Shown piece after piece: positions 25,099-39,747 of a stretch of 64,000 nt of DNA. The notes below the pieces were generated by a model. The model saw nothing but the letters and a program-made list of their open reading frames with translations. It was not told the origin of the DNA and did no database searches. Within the stretch, counting starts at the first letter, position 1; each line of letters opens with the position of its first letter. Source of the DNA: Anthoceros angustus (taxonomy: Eukaryota > Plantae > Anthocerotophyta); contig VJWM01000019.1 of NCBI GenBank assembly GCA_010909165.1, positions 682,001 to 746,000 of the forward strand, read 5' to 3'. Both the position numbers and the translations under genes were made by a program.

Positions 25099-25430
25099 TG
25101 GGGGAGAATGACACAGCAGGTGACCAGCTTGGATCTAAACAGACTCGGGATACGCAGCCGCCACACTGAACAGGAATCCGGCTAGGTATTCACATACCCA
25201 CTCAAACCTCGCTCCGAACAGCACAATAGGAACCAACGGAATGGGATCCGTAATAGCGCGCAATTAGGTAAATACGTAAATAGGTAATTACACTATATAG
25301 AAACGTGTAAAGAATCTCATAACCGGTAGCTATAATGCCTTTATGTATCCACATATCGTGAAAGAAGATAGCCATTCCGAGACTCAATATCCAGCCTCCT
25401 GGAGCCGATCAAGCCCGTGGAGTGTTGCAC
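25095..25430 (+). mobile_element. Polypurine tract and putative 3' LTR
   Basis: ttagtgggggagaa is immediately followed by TGACAC (25109). The segment ends gtgttgcaca and contains TATA-like motifs. Confidence 0.6.
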
Positions 25431-25571
25431 AAAAGAGTTTATGGAGTAAAGCCTTTTAAATGCATAAGCGTTGTCCTATGAAGATAATTATTGATTTTGA
25501 AAAGAATAGTTTTTTTGTCAAAAAAATATAAATTATCTCAACATTCCAACTCCCAACTTTCAAATCTCATT

Positions 25572-26010
25572 GAATCATGAATCGCGAATCATGAATCATG
25601 AATCGCGAATCATGAATCGAGAAGCTGCGAACTACGAACTTCCAACCGAATCATGAATCGCAAATTGTGAACTCCAAATTCCAAACTCCAAACTCCCAGC
25701 TCTCGACAACGATCTGCGAAATATGAAATTTGAACTATGAACTACAAACTAGCAAGGAACCATGAACAATGAACTATAAATCATAAATCTCCTGCTTTTT
25801 AACTTTCCTACTCCCAACTACGAACTATCAACACAACTCCAATACCTAACTTCCAACTTTGAATTTGAACACCCAACTCCCATGTATGAGCATCCAAATA
25901 CCAATGCAAAATCAATCCCTAGTCCCAAATATAAACATTCAACCTTCAATTACAACTCCCAATGGCGAGCTGTATTATTGTTACTCCTTAGCGCGAAGTC
26001 CCAACTCCCA
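25572..26010. repeat. Degenerate 7-bp minisatellite (GAATCAT/GAATCGC grading into AACTCCC/AACTCCA)
   Basis: Directly visible periodicity. Confidence 0.7.
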
Positions 26011-27985
26011 AAGTGTGAATTCTCAAATCTCATTTGAAGCAGAATCTAAACTCCCAAGTATAAGTATCTACCTCGCAACTACCAACCATTATCTCATTAT
26101 TCGATTGAGAAATTTCTAAATACACACATCACCCTCCGCTTACGAGAGCTATTTGTCAATTGTAAATATCAATACCCAACATTGAATACTTACTCTCAAC
26201 TTAGAACACCAAATCCAAACTATGAGCACTCATTGTTAACTAGATTCACTAACTCCCAGGTGTAAACAATCAACTTCCAAGGATTAATGCCAACTTTCAA
26301 ATGAAAACTTTCAATCCAAAATAAGAATATGAAGCTTTCAACTACAAATTCTAACTATCAATGATATACTCTAGAAGCCAATTGCAAACTTCTAATCTCA
26401 AGTCTCAATTCCCAAGTATTACTTTAATTTTACATTCTCATTAACAACTTCACATTCTGAAGTTTATCTTAAAAATAAAAAAGTATTATATCAGATCTCA
26501 AGTACCAGGTTCTTCTATGAATTAAAACTCCTAAATTTATACGTGTATCAACTAGTAAAGAATGTGAGTTCCAAAAACGATCTACCAATTAGGAAAATTC
26601 ATTGAAATTACATTGAATGAAAGTATTTATTATTATTTTTTTACTTCTCAACCTCTCGGCAAAGTTAAGAAAGCAACTTAAGATAACAGAATTAAGCATT
26701 CAAAGCTCTTAAGTATCTACATATAATACAAAATTTTGAGAATTATGATAACCAGTTCATATTTCATGCCCTATATTTCTTAATAATGTGTTAAAATTCC
26801 CAAATGATAGTATATGTATATGTCAGGAATCATAACACATTTGACCATATTTTCTCAAGAATACGAACTCATTGGTCGAATATTTATGGAAATGCCAAAG
26901 CATTGTCCAAATGGTACCCCATAGAATCGTACAGTAACAGCCCAAAATGTATAGAGTAGATGTGTGTTGGTGTACTCTGTATGTACATTTGTATGATGTA
27001 GATGCCAAATCTGGAATGCCCTTTCCCACTTCGCAAGGTGGCAAATTAATCCAAGCTGGAAACTCAAGAGCGTGCACACACAGTGCTACCATTAGCCCAA
27101 AGTTTGCTCTAGAAGTGTGCACAAAGTGGTACCATTAGCCGAAAGTTTGTTGTAGAAGTCCAAATGCAAACTCTAGCCTCCTCCTTGTCGCAAATTATCC
27201 CACATTGACAAACTCCGTAGCGTGCACACGCGGTGGGCAAATTTTGAAATATTTTAACTATTTGCAGCCTAAATATTTAGGGCTCAGATATTACAGATTT
27301 GGTTTATAAATCTTAGATATTACAACTGACACTCTTAAACCTCAATATTTTTTTAGATCATTAATTATGGCTTAAAATTTTAATTGCGCAATACATATGA
27401 AATAAATAATATTAATTTTTAATTAAAAATAATCTTCATACATAGAATAAATAATTTTACTCCATTGATGGTGATTTCTTTATCAAGAAGATTCCCTAAA
27501 TAAGAAATATCTTCTGAATAATAATTTCTTAATTAAAAGTTATCTTCTGAATAGTAATTTCTTTTTTAAGAATTTTCTTCACTTGAAGTATGAACAAAGG
27601 AAGTTTTTAACAAAAAGTGCCCTATACTCAAATTAGAATTGTCTTTACTATAAGTATGAACATACGAAGATTTTAACAAAAAAAGGTTCTATATTCAAAT
27701 TAGAATTGTCTTCACTATAAGTATGAACATCTTAAGTTTTATTCTACTTGAACCCTTTGAGTACAATTCCAGTTTGTTGGTTATTTAATAATTAGCGGAA
27801 ATCATATATCAACAGGCCACGTAGAGCCCTTTTTGCAAGTGAGAGAGTAGAGGTCACCCTTTTTGTGGGCGAGAGAGCACAGGTCACCCTTTTCATGAGC
27901 AAAAAAAAAACATAGATCATGTGGAGACAATAGAGATCATACATCAACTGAGACAATAGAGATTATATACTAGGCGGCCCAAAGG

Positions 27986-28245
27986 ACTTCATAATAAGCA
28001 AGGGTAGTTCATCCCAATTGGGATCCAGACGGAGGGCCAAAGTAATTAGGAGAGAGGTGCCATCCCAATAGTGATTCGACTGGAGGGTTGCTTGATCACG
28101 GAGTTTCAATTAACTTCATAATAAGCAAGGGCAGCTCATCCCAATTAGGATCCAAACGGAGGGCCAAAGTAATTGGGTGAGAGGTGCCCCATCCCAATAG
28201 TGATTCGACTAGAGGGTTGCTTGATCACGGAGTTTCAATTAACTA
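27986..28245. repeat. Tandem duplication of a ~128-bp unit upstream of the TFIIB-like gene
   Basis: acttcataataagcaaggg...cacggagtttcaattaact is present twice. Confidence 0.9.
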
Positions 28246-28703
28246 CTAGCTACCAGATTGATCCTTCCTCAAGGGAAGACAAGAGAACTTTTCTATTGAA
28301 CCAAAGACAACGGGTACTTGTGAGATATAAAATATAAAAACACAAGCATCGAAATTGCTTGGAAATTTGGTGAGCTTCTCCATCGAATCAAAGAGAAAGG
28401 TTCACGTAATGTGGAATAGAGGGTGAGAGCACATCCAAGTCATTGGATGTATTATTCTCGCTTGCTTTCTAAAGCATTTTACAAAGACTTCATTCAACTT
28501 ACTCAAGTACGTTAGACTTATAGATGTTACAGATGTGTAATATAATTTGTAACTTGTTTTGAATTAAATCTTGATTCATATTAATGTAGTTAAGCTCCTT
28601 ATATATTTACACTGATACATTAACGAGTCTCTAACGATGGCTGTTTTGCAACAGAAATCCCGGTGCCTTAAATAAAGAAGAATATACATATAGAAGAAGA
28701 ATC

Positions 28704-29945
28704 ATGAACAATAACGATACGCATATGAATGTCTCTTATGAGCACATAGACGGGGAATGCCGAAACTGTAAAACGGCCACCTACATGCTATGTGATAGAC
28801 ACTCCGGAGACCATGTATGTACCAATTGCGGCTTGGTATCGGAGGTACATTGCATCGACACCACCGCCGAATGGAGGGTAGTTGCTTATGATACCTGCTT
28901 TTCAAGCAATCATATGGGGAACCCTAAGAATAATATTTTGCTCGAAAATGCTAGTCCAACAACTAGCTTAAATGGCAGGGACGCAAATGTGAAGCGTAAG
29001 AGGATTACACATATACCACCAATAGGAATACAAAACTTAGATACCGATCCTCACGAAGTCCTAGATGTGAACCGTAAGAAGATTACACATATACCACCAA
29101 TAGGAATGCAAAACTTAGATAGCGATCCTCACAAAGTCTTAGATGTGAAGCGTAAGAAGACTACACATATACCAATAAGGATCCAAAACTTGCCAAATTT
29201 GCCAAACTTGCCTATGGATACCAATCTTGACGAAGTCCTAGATGTGAACCCTGAGAAGATTACACATATACCAGTAACGATGCACAACTTGGATATTGAT
29301 CCTCAACTCAAAGTCCTAGACGACGCTAGAGAATGTATCAAAGCAGCTGCTAAACATTTGGATTTGAGTGACGAAGTTCAAAATTCGGCAATGTTCTTTT
29401 TTGCGCAACTGATGGATTTGGGTGAGAATAATATCCAAGAGTGCCTCGCTGCAGCCCTTTATGTGGCCAGCAAATGGAAAAGCACTACTCGCACCACCGA
29501 GGAAATTAGGTGTTGTGTAAGTATGGACTTAGAAAATAAAGCTATTAAGCAGTTGGCAAAAAAGCTGGAAGCATACATCCTAAGTAAGGCTGATGAACAA
29601 ATTAAAGTAGCTGCTGAAAAATTGGAATTGAGTAGTGAGGACCAAGTTTCGACACGCTTTCTTTTTAAGAAATTGGTTACGGATGTGAGAAGGGACAATT
29701 TGCAAGAGACCGTGGCTGCAGCTCTCTATATAGCTAGCATTCACACTCTCGACGAAGTTCGATATGGTATAAATATGGCAATTAAAAGGGAGGTTATTAC
29801 ACAATTGGCAACTAAGTTGGAACAATTCTTACATCGTGAGAAAGAGGCAAGGATAAGGGCAAAAAAGGAAGAGATGAAATTAGAGGAAAAAAGGGAACAA
29901 GTAAGGGTGGGAGGACAAACCGAAGTCCAAGCCAAAGCTGGTTAG
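28704..29945 (+). CDS. Divergent intronless TFIIB-like protein (413 aa)
   Basis: Zn ribbon CRNC..D..SGDHVCTNCGLV..HCIDTTAEWR aligns with the plant TFIIB N-terminus. Two cyclin-fold repeats with AAALYVAS/AAALYIAS. TATA near 28325 and a plausible 5'UTR intron ending at 28654. Confidence 0.8.
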   Translation: MNNNDTHMNVSYEHIDGECRNCKTATYMLCDRHSGDHVCTNCGLVSEVHCIDTTAEWRVVAYDTCFSSNHMGNPKNNILLENASPTTSLNGRDANVKRKRITHIPPIGIQNLDTDPHEVLDVNRKKITHIPPIGMQNLDSDPHKVLDVKRKKTTHIPIRIQNLPNLPNLPMDTNLDEVLDVNPEKITHIPVTMHNLDIDPQLKVLDDARECIKAAAKHLDLSDEVQNSAMFFFAQLMDLGENNIQECLAAALYVASKWKSTTRTTEEIRCCVSMDLENKAIKQLAKKLEAYILSKADEQIKVAAEKLELSSEDQVSTRFLFKKLVTDVRRDNLQETVAAALYIASIHTLDEVRYGINMAIKREVITQLATKLEQFLHREKEARIRAKKEEMKLEEKREQVRVGGQTEVQAKAG

Positions 29946-31050
29946 TTTCTATCATGTTAGACGGCAGGATCAAACCTAGAGTTGATGAAATTGCTGCTAG
30001 ATGCTTGATGGAACATTCACCAATGTGATCAACTGTAGGCATGAAAGGGATGTATGTCCGAATTCAAGGCTAGTAAAATATCTTGTCAGTTGAGCCTGTT
30101 GTGATCGATTGAATCTCGTAGAAATTGCGCACATGTCGAACTGCTGGCAACACTTATCAGCAGGGAAAGAAACATACAACCTTGATTAGCGCCTCATCTA
30201 AAGGAACAGGGAAATCTCCAGTAAAGCTTGCAAGGGTTGGCGGAAGATAGAGTGGGTGATTTGCTATGGTGACTTGTAGACTGTGTAGTGGCAAGTTCCT
30301 TTGGACGAATCAATGCTTGGATGCGGTGCCACCCTTCCCCAGCTTGATGATGGCCTTACGGCTAAAGAGGCCACCTAGTATAAAACCATCATGCCCTTGT
30401 CTCCACACGAGCGAGGCCGCCAAATGATAGTGTTTTATAATACATCATGCCCTCATTGTTAGTGTTTTATAACACATCATGCCCTCGTCTCCGCAACCTG
30501 CATGTGTGGGGCCGTTAGTTGTTAGTGCCTAGTGTTTTAGTCTTATAGGGTTGCTTCAAATGAAAAAATCCGAGGGCGGGATTTGGATGTATACTTTAAA
30601 ATATCTATAAAATCTCATAATTCACTCAAGGTCGTGCTGCATGAAATTGATGCACATTTTCGTACTAAGGAGTACGTGACTCGTGGGCGTTCGCAATCAC
30701 GTGGAGGGTTCACCTAATCAAGGTTTCACGATCTCAGTACATACACCCTTGGACATACGAGTGTTTAGATGCGCAAGGGTTATCAGGCCCGCCTTGTAGA
30801 TGGGCATTTGAGTGTTCTTATAAAAATTCAGTTTGGATAGATTGTATCACCACAATGCAATGCCCAATACAGAACAGTGACAAAAATGGGCTTTGATGCC
30901 CCCGCCCTTTTACAAATTGATTACCTAGTGTACATATGGGCACCCACAATGCAGGTTTCCATGCAGCCATAAACTCACCAATCTTATAATACATTCCGTC
31001 TCTACGAGTCTTAAGCTGGTTAAAACAGAGAGGCACTGTAGCATGTAACA

Positions 31051-32403
31051 TCACGGCTTCACGTGTTTTCTCATGAACTTCTCGATTTCCTCTGTCTTCC
31101 CCGTTAAAACAGAAGCCTCAACAACCGTCACCTTGTTCTCTTTAAGGTCGGTAAACTTAAATGCTTTACCCTCTACACCGAGATAGACATCGGTGTTGAG
31201 ATCAGCATCTGATATCGCTCGCCTTGAGACTCTCAACTTGTCTCTGCAAAGGGCAACACCAATCCATTATCCCGCGAAAACAGGTTCCTACCTCAGACAA
31301 CAGCATGCAGACCACTTTCGCCTTCAGAATACTCACATCTCCTTCTCAATCTGGTTCCTAATGAACTCCGTGGAGTGAGCTGTTAGTTTGTCCATCTTGT
31401 TGCATACCAGAAGGATAGGTAATTTTCTCCTCACCACAAGTCCTTTCGTGAGGATATCATATAAGTATCTGCACAAAAATACACTTGGATTCAAGTCCCA
31501 CTTGAGGTCCACCCAATCCCACAGACCCAAAAATTCCGGGATAGGCACTTACTCTGCGCTTGCTCCCATAGATAAGAGAAAATCCACTGCATCGACCAAA
31601 AATACGATAGCCTGAGCTCTGGGAAGATACTCATCCAACTTCGGCCTCAATCTGGCCTCGCCAGGAACATCCACGACATGGATCGCCTTGATTTTGCCAT
31701 TCTGTAAGACGCGGAAATTACAAGCCCACCCTTCCACAAAGTTGTCCCGCCAAAAGCACGAAAACCCATAGCAGCTCACCTTGGATGACTCCGAGTGCAG
31801 AATAAATTGACCCTCGTTAGGCTCCATGGACGTCACAGTTCCTTGGTGAGTAGTTCCATCCCGCAGCTGTCAGTACGCAATTCAGATACCTCACAAACGC
31901 AATCTGGAAACCCGTAAGGGCCCAAAATTCCCAATCACCGAAAACCTAAACCCTGCCTAGCCTCCACTTCCCTCCCACCCTCTAATCCTTCCCCGCATAG
32001 CGTGCGGCCAATGGGAACCGAGCTCCACGCCTCACCTGGTAAAACAGAGCAGTCTTCCCGGCACCGCTCAGGCCCGCCAGAAGCACCGTGTCACTCCTCT
32101 TGCGCTTAGAGGCAGCTCGGATCACTGAAAGTCAGGACAAGATCAGAAACCCGGAATTCCACTTCAACAATAGCCCAGATCTAGGTCCTGGCCCGCACCT
32201 AGAAACACCAAGAGCAGAGTGATGAGCAAGGCGGCCACGCTGCCCACCAGCGCCGCATCCCGCTGTTGCTCCAAAAACGCGTGCAGCCCATTGAGAAACA
32301 CAGGAGGCTGGATCTGCGTGGGCAGCAGCGCCTGATCCAGCGGCAGCGCCCCACCCTCCACCTCCAGCGGCCCCCCTGCCACCTCCTGGTACGCTTCTCC
32401 CAT
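31051..32403 (-). CDS. SRPRB: Signal recognition particle receptor beta subunit (6 exons)
   Basis: TM anchor, P-loop LLAGLSGAGKTALFYQ, GTVTSMEPN, VVDVPG.RLR, LVCNKMDK and C-terminal LGVEGKAFKF. Confidence 0.92.
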
Positions 32404-33825
32404 TTTCCCGCTGCCTCGCTTCTTGCTTCCCAGACACAAGAACGAGACCAGCAGAACAATCAGAAGCGACGCGTGCGAACGCGGCAGAATACCCAATGGG
32501 ACCACGGGACCGGGCAGGTCTGAACTGGGCCGGGCCGGGCCGTCATCTGCCCTTATTGGGGCGCCCGGGATTTACACCTCAGCACCGCATGACTTGAGAC
32601 TATGCATGTTTCATGGACTCCATCGTTTTACAGCAAATTAGAAACAGGCATAGAAACTTGGCCATGTGTCGCTGGTTCTCGGTGCACCCTGCTTGACAGA
32701 GCAGGTGCTTGCAGGTAGATGACGGCCCTTGCCTTCACTTTGTGAGAAGACCCTTAGCATGGATGTTGTTCTTGAAATGGGCATGCGTGTTATTGTTGAA
32801 ATGGTTCCTCACGGGCTGAAGGATGGGGAAACGGGATAAGCGCTGGCCTGGGGCAACACGTACTGCATGTACTTCAACAAGGGTTTCCCTGAAAACATTT
32901 GAAGGGCAATATGCCTTCTTCGTATCTTACTCCATGCCGACGAGAGTTAAGCAGCCAATCTGGCCTCATACCACGCAAGGCCATTGAATTACACTGGCGA
33001 TCTGAAATTCATGTGCTTCCAAAGGTGAAACAGAAGACCAGAACAAGGAAACGATGTGACATGTCCCTAGCAAGAAAACTCACCTTGTGTTGGTCGGTAC
33101 CCAGCTAACAAAGATCTGCCTGGAAGGAACAAAGGACACACACTCTGCATAGGTTGTTAATCTGAATCAGCAAGTCTGGGGAAGAAACAAAAGAGAGACA
33201 AACCCTTCAGGAAGAACCTGTCTGCATATTGCATACAAGGGTACATAATCTGTGCTCCCGACAGAGTCTCTCGTTCACTCCTCCCCATAATCTGACAACA
33301 CCTGGGCATACGTTGCACCTGAGATGTGAAGGATAGTGCGGCAGGCTTATGAGTAACAAGTGGCCTAAATATTATGCCGCCCTCAGGGAGGCATAATGTG
33401 AGCAATCCAGAATTTGAAGACGCAGCCTGCTTGCGCCACCTTGTTAACATTTAGGACCGTCATCACTCATTGCTCTACGTACGCCTTCCATTGTGGTTGA
33501 ATGCTGATTTCCCCACTTGACATACAACATTTACCAACCTGGTACGCTGAGCTCCTTCTCCTTTTCCAGAAGATCTCGGAGCCCTTCTCCCTCCACGCAC
33601 TCCGGACCCACGCTGCGCACAAAGTGATTACTCTTTTGCATGGGCAACTTAATCACATCAGATCACACAGCACACTCTCAGCAGCATAACCTAGCGATTT
33701 CGAAGATACTATCTTCAAAATCGCTGGGTGCGCACAGGGATACTCCATATCACAATCCCAACTTCGATGTATACTTTGAAATACCTATTACGTCTCCGAA
33801 TTTAGTAATCACTAAAAACAACGAT

Positions 33826-33856
33826 CCCTAAACCCTGAACCCTACAAACCCTAAAC
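33826..33856 (+). promoter_or_regulatory. Telo-box cluster (AAACCCTA) in the RPL3 promoter; pyrimidine tract near 33952-33965
   Basis: ccctaaaccctgaaccctacaaaccctaaac, plus a reverse telo-box (ttagggttt) in intron 1. Typical of plant translation-machinery genes. Confidence 0.7.
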
Positions 33857-33914
33857 GGGGGTAAAGAAACACCCAGTCGGAAATCCACGTTAGGTCTGGC
33901 ATGTCTAGACCTAA

Positions 33915-35507
<1,593 letters not shown>

Positions 35508-36368
35508 AGGGTGTGACCGCAGATCGTGCAGAGTGGTTTATGATTGATATGAGGCACTCGTGTGAGGTGCAATGCCTCTTCCGGCACACTTATTCATGTG
35601 GTGTTTTTTTGTGACTCGCATGATTTTTGAAGTTCCTCATTTCTTTCACCTCGTTCAATTCGCTTCCTCGCTCCTCACCTACTCTGACCACACACACACG
35701 TTGCATGTTCGACTGCTTGCTGTGCCTTATCCTTTCTGGCTTGCCTGGGAGGAATATCTCTGAGGTTACGAGATAACCTGTATGGCACGCGGTGTGGGGG
35801 TTACTGCAGCCGCATGCCCTTGCATCTGCTTCGAGTCTCTGGTCGATCGATGATGGTGCTGCGAAGTCGGTACGATATAGTATCAAGGCCGGACTTTCTG
35901 TGACAGGTTGAGCGGTGAACCTTTCGTAGCGCCTCATGCTCCAGTTGACTTGTTGCTCGTTCCAGTCAGATGCCATCAGGTTCTGTTCCCCATCAAGCAC
36001 CGCCAGAGAACAACTGCCTTCAGAATGGTCACACACAAGCCGTGGCAACTGCATCAATGCCTACGTTTGTCATCGATCTCCATATTACATCGTAGTAATA
36101 CTGTCCCCACCCAAGGTTGTAGCAGAACACTCAAATGGCTAATGCAGCCAAATACCAAGCGGCCTGATAGCCCTTGCCTATCTGAACACTTACATCTCCA
36201 GGAGTGTTCTGAGATCGTGTGGGTGCCCAAACGTACACTAATCTCAATTTGTAAAAGGGCGGAGGCATTTGGCAATTGTTCTTCCTATTTAATAGTCTGC
36301 CATGGTTGAATGGGGATCGTACCTCGTCAATGTTCGAGGCAACCTGGGTATGATCCCATGTCCACTCA

Positions 36369-37566
36369 TCACACATGGCCGTGGGGAGGCACCTTGTTGT
36401 CTGAATCAGTGCGCAGGCAGGATGCTGCAATTTCCAGCAAATATTGGTGCAAGCGTTCAGGGGCAGAGAAAAAGGGGCTGTGGTCGGTATCCAGGTCAAA
36501 GACTCGCGCTGGGGGATTACTCTGGATGCATACGTCTGCCACCTCTACAGGGAAAAGGAGATCCCTAGTGCACCTGATGAACACCCTGTTGACAGACCCG
36601 TACTTGTACGATGTGTGAGGAGTTTCGATCTCCACCAGACCCAGGTTAGGGAAAGGCCTCAGCAAGAGACTGGCCAGAGTCACATCCTGTAGGTGCATTG
36701 GGGCATCGTTCAGTCGCCACAGTGTTGCTGTTCTAAACATGTTATTGCTCCAAACAACTGACCATGGAAAGAACACTTGGTTGAAGCTTGATGTACACAT
36801 TGGGCTGCTGTTCTGTTACCTCCGGCGGACTCAGGTGATAGAAAAGCTCATAGTGTCCGGGGCCGATGAAGCTCGTTCGCGCATTCTGTGCCATGCTCGC
36901 GAACTTGGCAGCCACCAGGGAGAAAAACTGTGGCATGGCTTTCAGAGTCAGTGTGGCAGCCTGGCAGGGAACAAGGGCGAGGAGAAAAGCTGTGGCACGG
37001 CTGTGAGAACCAGCTGTGGCAACGCAAGGGAACACCTTGGTATGGAGCTCTTGCCAATGCACGCCAGCCTTACCTTGTGCGTGGCCTCGTGGCCAGGGGA
37101 ACCAGGTCTGCTCGGGAGCATCATTGCAGTGATGAAGACAGCAGCGGAGATTTTGCCTGGAAACCTCTCCATCACATAGGACGCAATCACTCCTCCGAAA
37201 CTGTGCCCGACAAGGATCACCTGCCAACATTCCACACCCGATTCACAGTCAGATCCTTCAGCTTACAAGCCCGGGCTTTGGCATCAACACCCGTCGCATT
37301 GAAGGAGCTGTAACTTTGGCAACCTGCTCGTCGGAAGGCAATGCCTGGACGAAACGGAGCACAGGCTGCGCCAAGTGCGCTACAGACGTGACCGTGGCGG
37401 GATCCGTGGTGTCGCGACCGCAGCCGGTGAGATCCAACGCAGTTGCTTTGTGGCCTTCTTTGTGGAGCAAATTGATGGTCTTATACCAGCACCAGGCGCC
37501 ATGGCAGGCCCCGTGCACCAGCAGGAAATGCCTTGGGCCGGGAGTGTCAGCCACTGTGGTCGCCAT
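36369..37566 (-). CDS. Methylesterase (MES/SABP2-family alpha/beta hydrolase), 4 exons
   Basis: HFLLVHGACHGAWCWYK, nucleophile motif GHSFGG, Asp in CTRDLL and His in DTDHSPFFS. Confidence 0.93.
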
Positions 37567-39747
37567 TGCCTTCCCCAGAAGCTCAATCCTGCCTCATCCG
37601 CGGATGTTGTAGGTCAAGCAGGAGGGGTAAGAGGGATCTGCTGCCCACTCGTGTACTTCCAAGTAGCAGCCATTTTGAGTGCGAGGAATCTTTATCATGT
37701 CCTTCACGCTCTGCCCACATGATCCTCTCCTCCACATGATCCTCTCCTCCACTAGCTCATTACACCCACCAGGCACGCGCATTGCAGGACTGTTACGCGC
37801 AACTGCCAGCTCACCGCGCATTCGGAGCAACCGTCCGTTTAGCAGAATGCTCGTCCTTCCCCTGGAGATGGGATTGCCTCCACTGCAAGCGAATGAATAC
37901 TTGATCATGACGAGCGGTCAGCGAACAATGTAGTGGAGAAAGTGGTGAAGCCAGCACCCAATCCCGATTGCAAGGATCATGGAGAGCAAAGTTTTTAGGT
38001 GACTACAGTTTTGTGCTTTCCCAGAACTGCCATGTTTTGCTTGCTCCTTTTAGCTTTTCAAGATGTACCTCGCCTCCTCAGTGATACTGTCGTTTGGATG
38101 CTCCCCAGGAAAGTGCAACACATACGAGGCAGGTGACCTCGCACTCCAAAGCCACAAGCTCTAGGAAAAACAAATATATGGAGAGTGGCTGTGAAATCGT
38201 TGCTTTCCATGCGTAGTGGCAGAGAGCATATGAGTGGGCAGTTTAGACAGGAAATCCTTGACCGAAAGCTGACTTGGAAGCTGAGGTATACCTAGTGGAA
38301 GATGGCAGTAGAGTACAGACCATGGCAAGGTATTGTGAGACACTTAACTAGGTACACATCATTTCTTTCTTGCGCTTGCAGTGAGTGAGCTTTTCTGTAG
38401 TATTCTATCACAGCTTTATGCTCAAAGCGCAGTGTGGTGAAATCCTAATGCCTTCTCCTTCAAAAGAAGAAATCAGAATTTGCAAACAATATTTTTTGTT
38501 TAACAAAATGCTGCACTTAAATAGACTTTGATTAGTAGCATTTGGCAGCAGTAAACTACTAGGTCTTCCATATTCCGTAGGTCCATCCCTGCCCCGAATC
38601 AACCTTATCATGGGCTCTTGGATTGCCTACCTCCTCTCACCCACCGAATTCAAATAAAACTGCATCAAAGAATGCAAGGGGAAAAAGGACCATAGATGTC
38701 CTAGGAAGTCCTTAATATGTGGAACGAGTGCTGAGAAGCTCTAGTCTATTGAATTTAAAGATCTATGTAGATATTATTGTATTATGATAGATAATAATAT
38801 CTAAAAGTTAAGAAAGTTTTATCACTATATTGTGATAAGCCAAGAGAGACTCATTAACTAATCTTCCTAGTTGTTCTCGGGCTTTAACATTCTTCAAATT
38901 ATCCATATGGTATAGATGCTAACTTTGTTGTAAGCTTCACTTTAGTTTTGTTTAGTTGCACACTAATGTATATATTGTAATCGTTTTCACACCATATATC
39001 AAATGTTTTGATTAGTCCCATGACGTCCTCCATCCATACTAAATTTCAATCCATTTGAATTTAAAATTTATTTTGAAAGAAAAAATTAGTCACTCCTTTA
39101 TAATTAGAAAGGTAGGTTAGTTAGATGATTTCACACATGGTTTCATGCTAATAGTTGTGCACGCGTACAATTAACGTACCCTATATATGTACACTGAATC
39201 AAGTGATGTTTTTTTTGTGCGTTATTTTTGAAATCTTTTAGGAGCAGACAAAAAGGCCGGCAAGATATCGCTCAACAGCTAGCCCCCAATCGACTAAATA
39301 GAGAACCCAAAGTCGTTGAAAAGACTCACCCAACAAAAACAAGCTAGGATCTTTCTAGCCCAATAGGAAACTCGATAACTTACTCGAGAGCAAGTAACAT
39401 TGAAGGCCCATCAAGTGAAGATGAACACCGAACCAGTACATCATCTCAACCGCAAAATAGGTGAGCAGCTAAACTAGAACCTCATCTATACACCACACAA
39501 CATTGTAAGCTAGCCTCCCACATTGCAACCAAATAGGTAATGCCTAACGACCACACATCGCAAATCCAGTGGAGCAGTTATTAAGCAAGTCCACAAGCAA
39601 GAAAGGAACCCCAAGGGCCTCGCATATGCTAAAAACTTCTATCCAATCAATCAAGTCATTCCACTTCTATGGAATATTCCGAACTCTTTCATGCCCACCA
39701 TTATTTTTGACTAATATTGGATCACTATCACCAACAATTGCACTGTA

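Noticed and set aside
30340-30372. Minimal hammerhead-like motif ttgatgatggccttacggctaaag
   Set aside because: The catalytic core CUGAUGA/GAAA is not intact and no convincing stems I/III are present.
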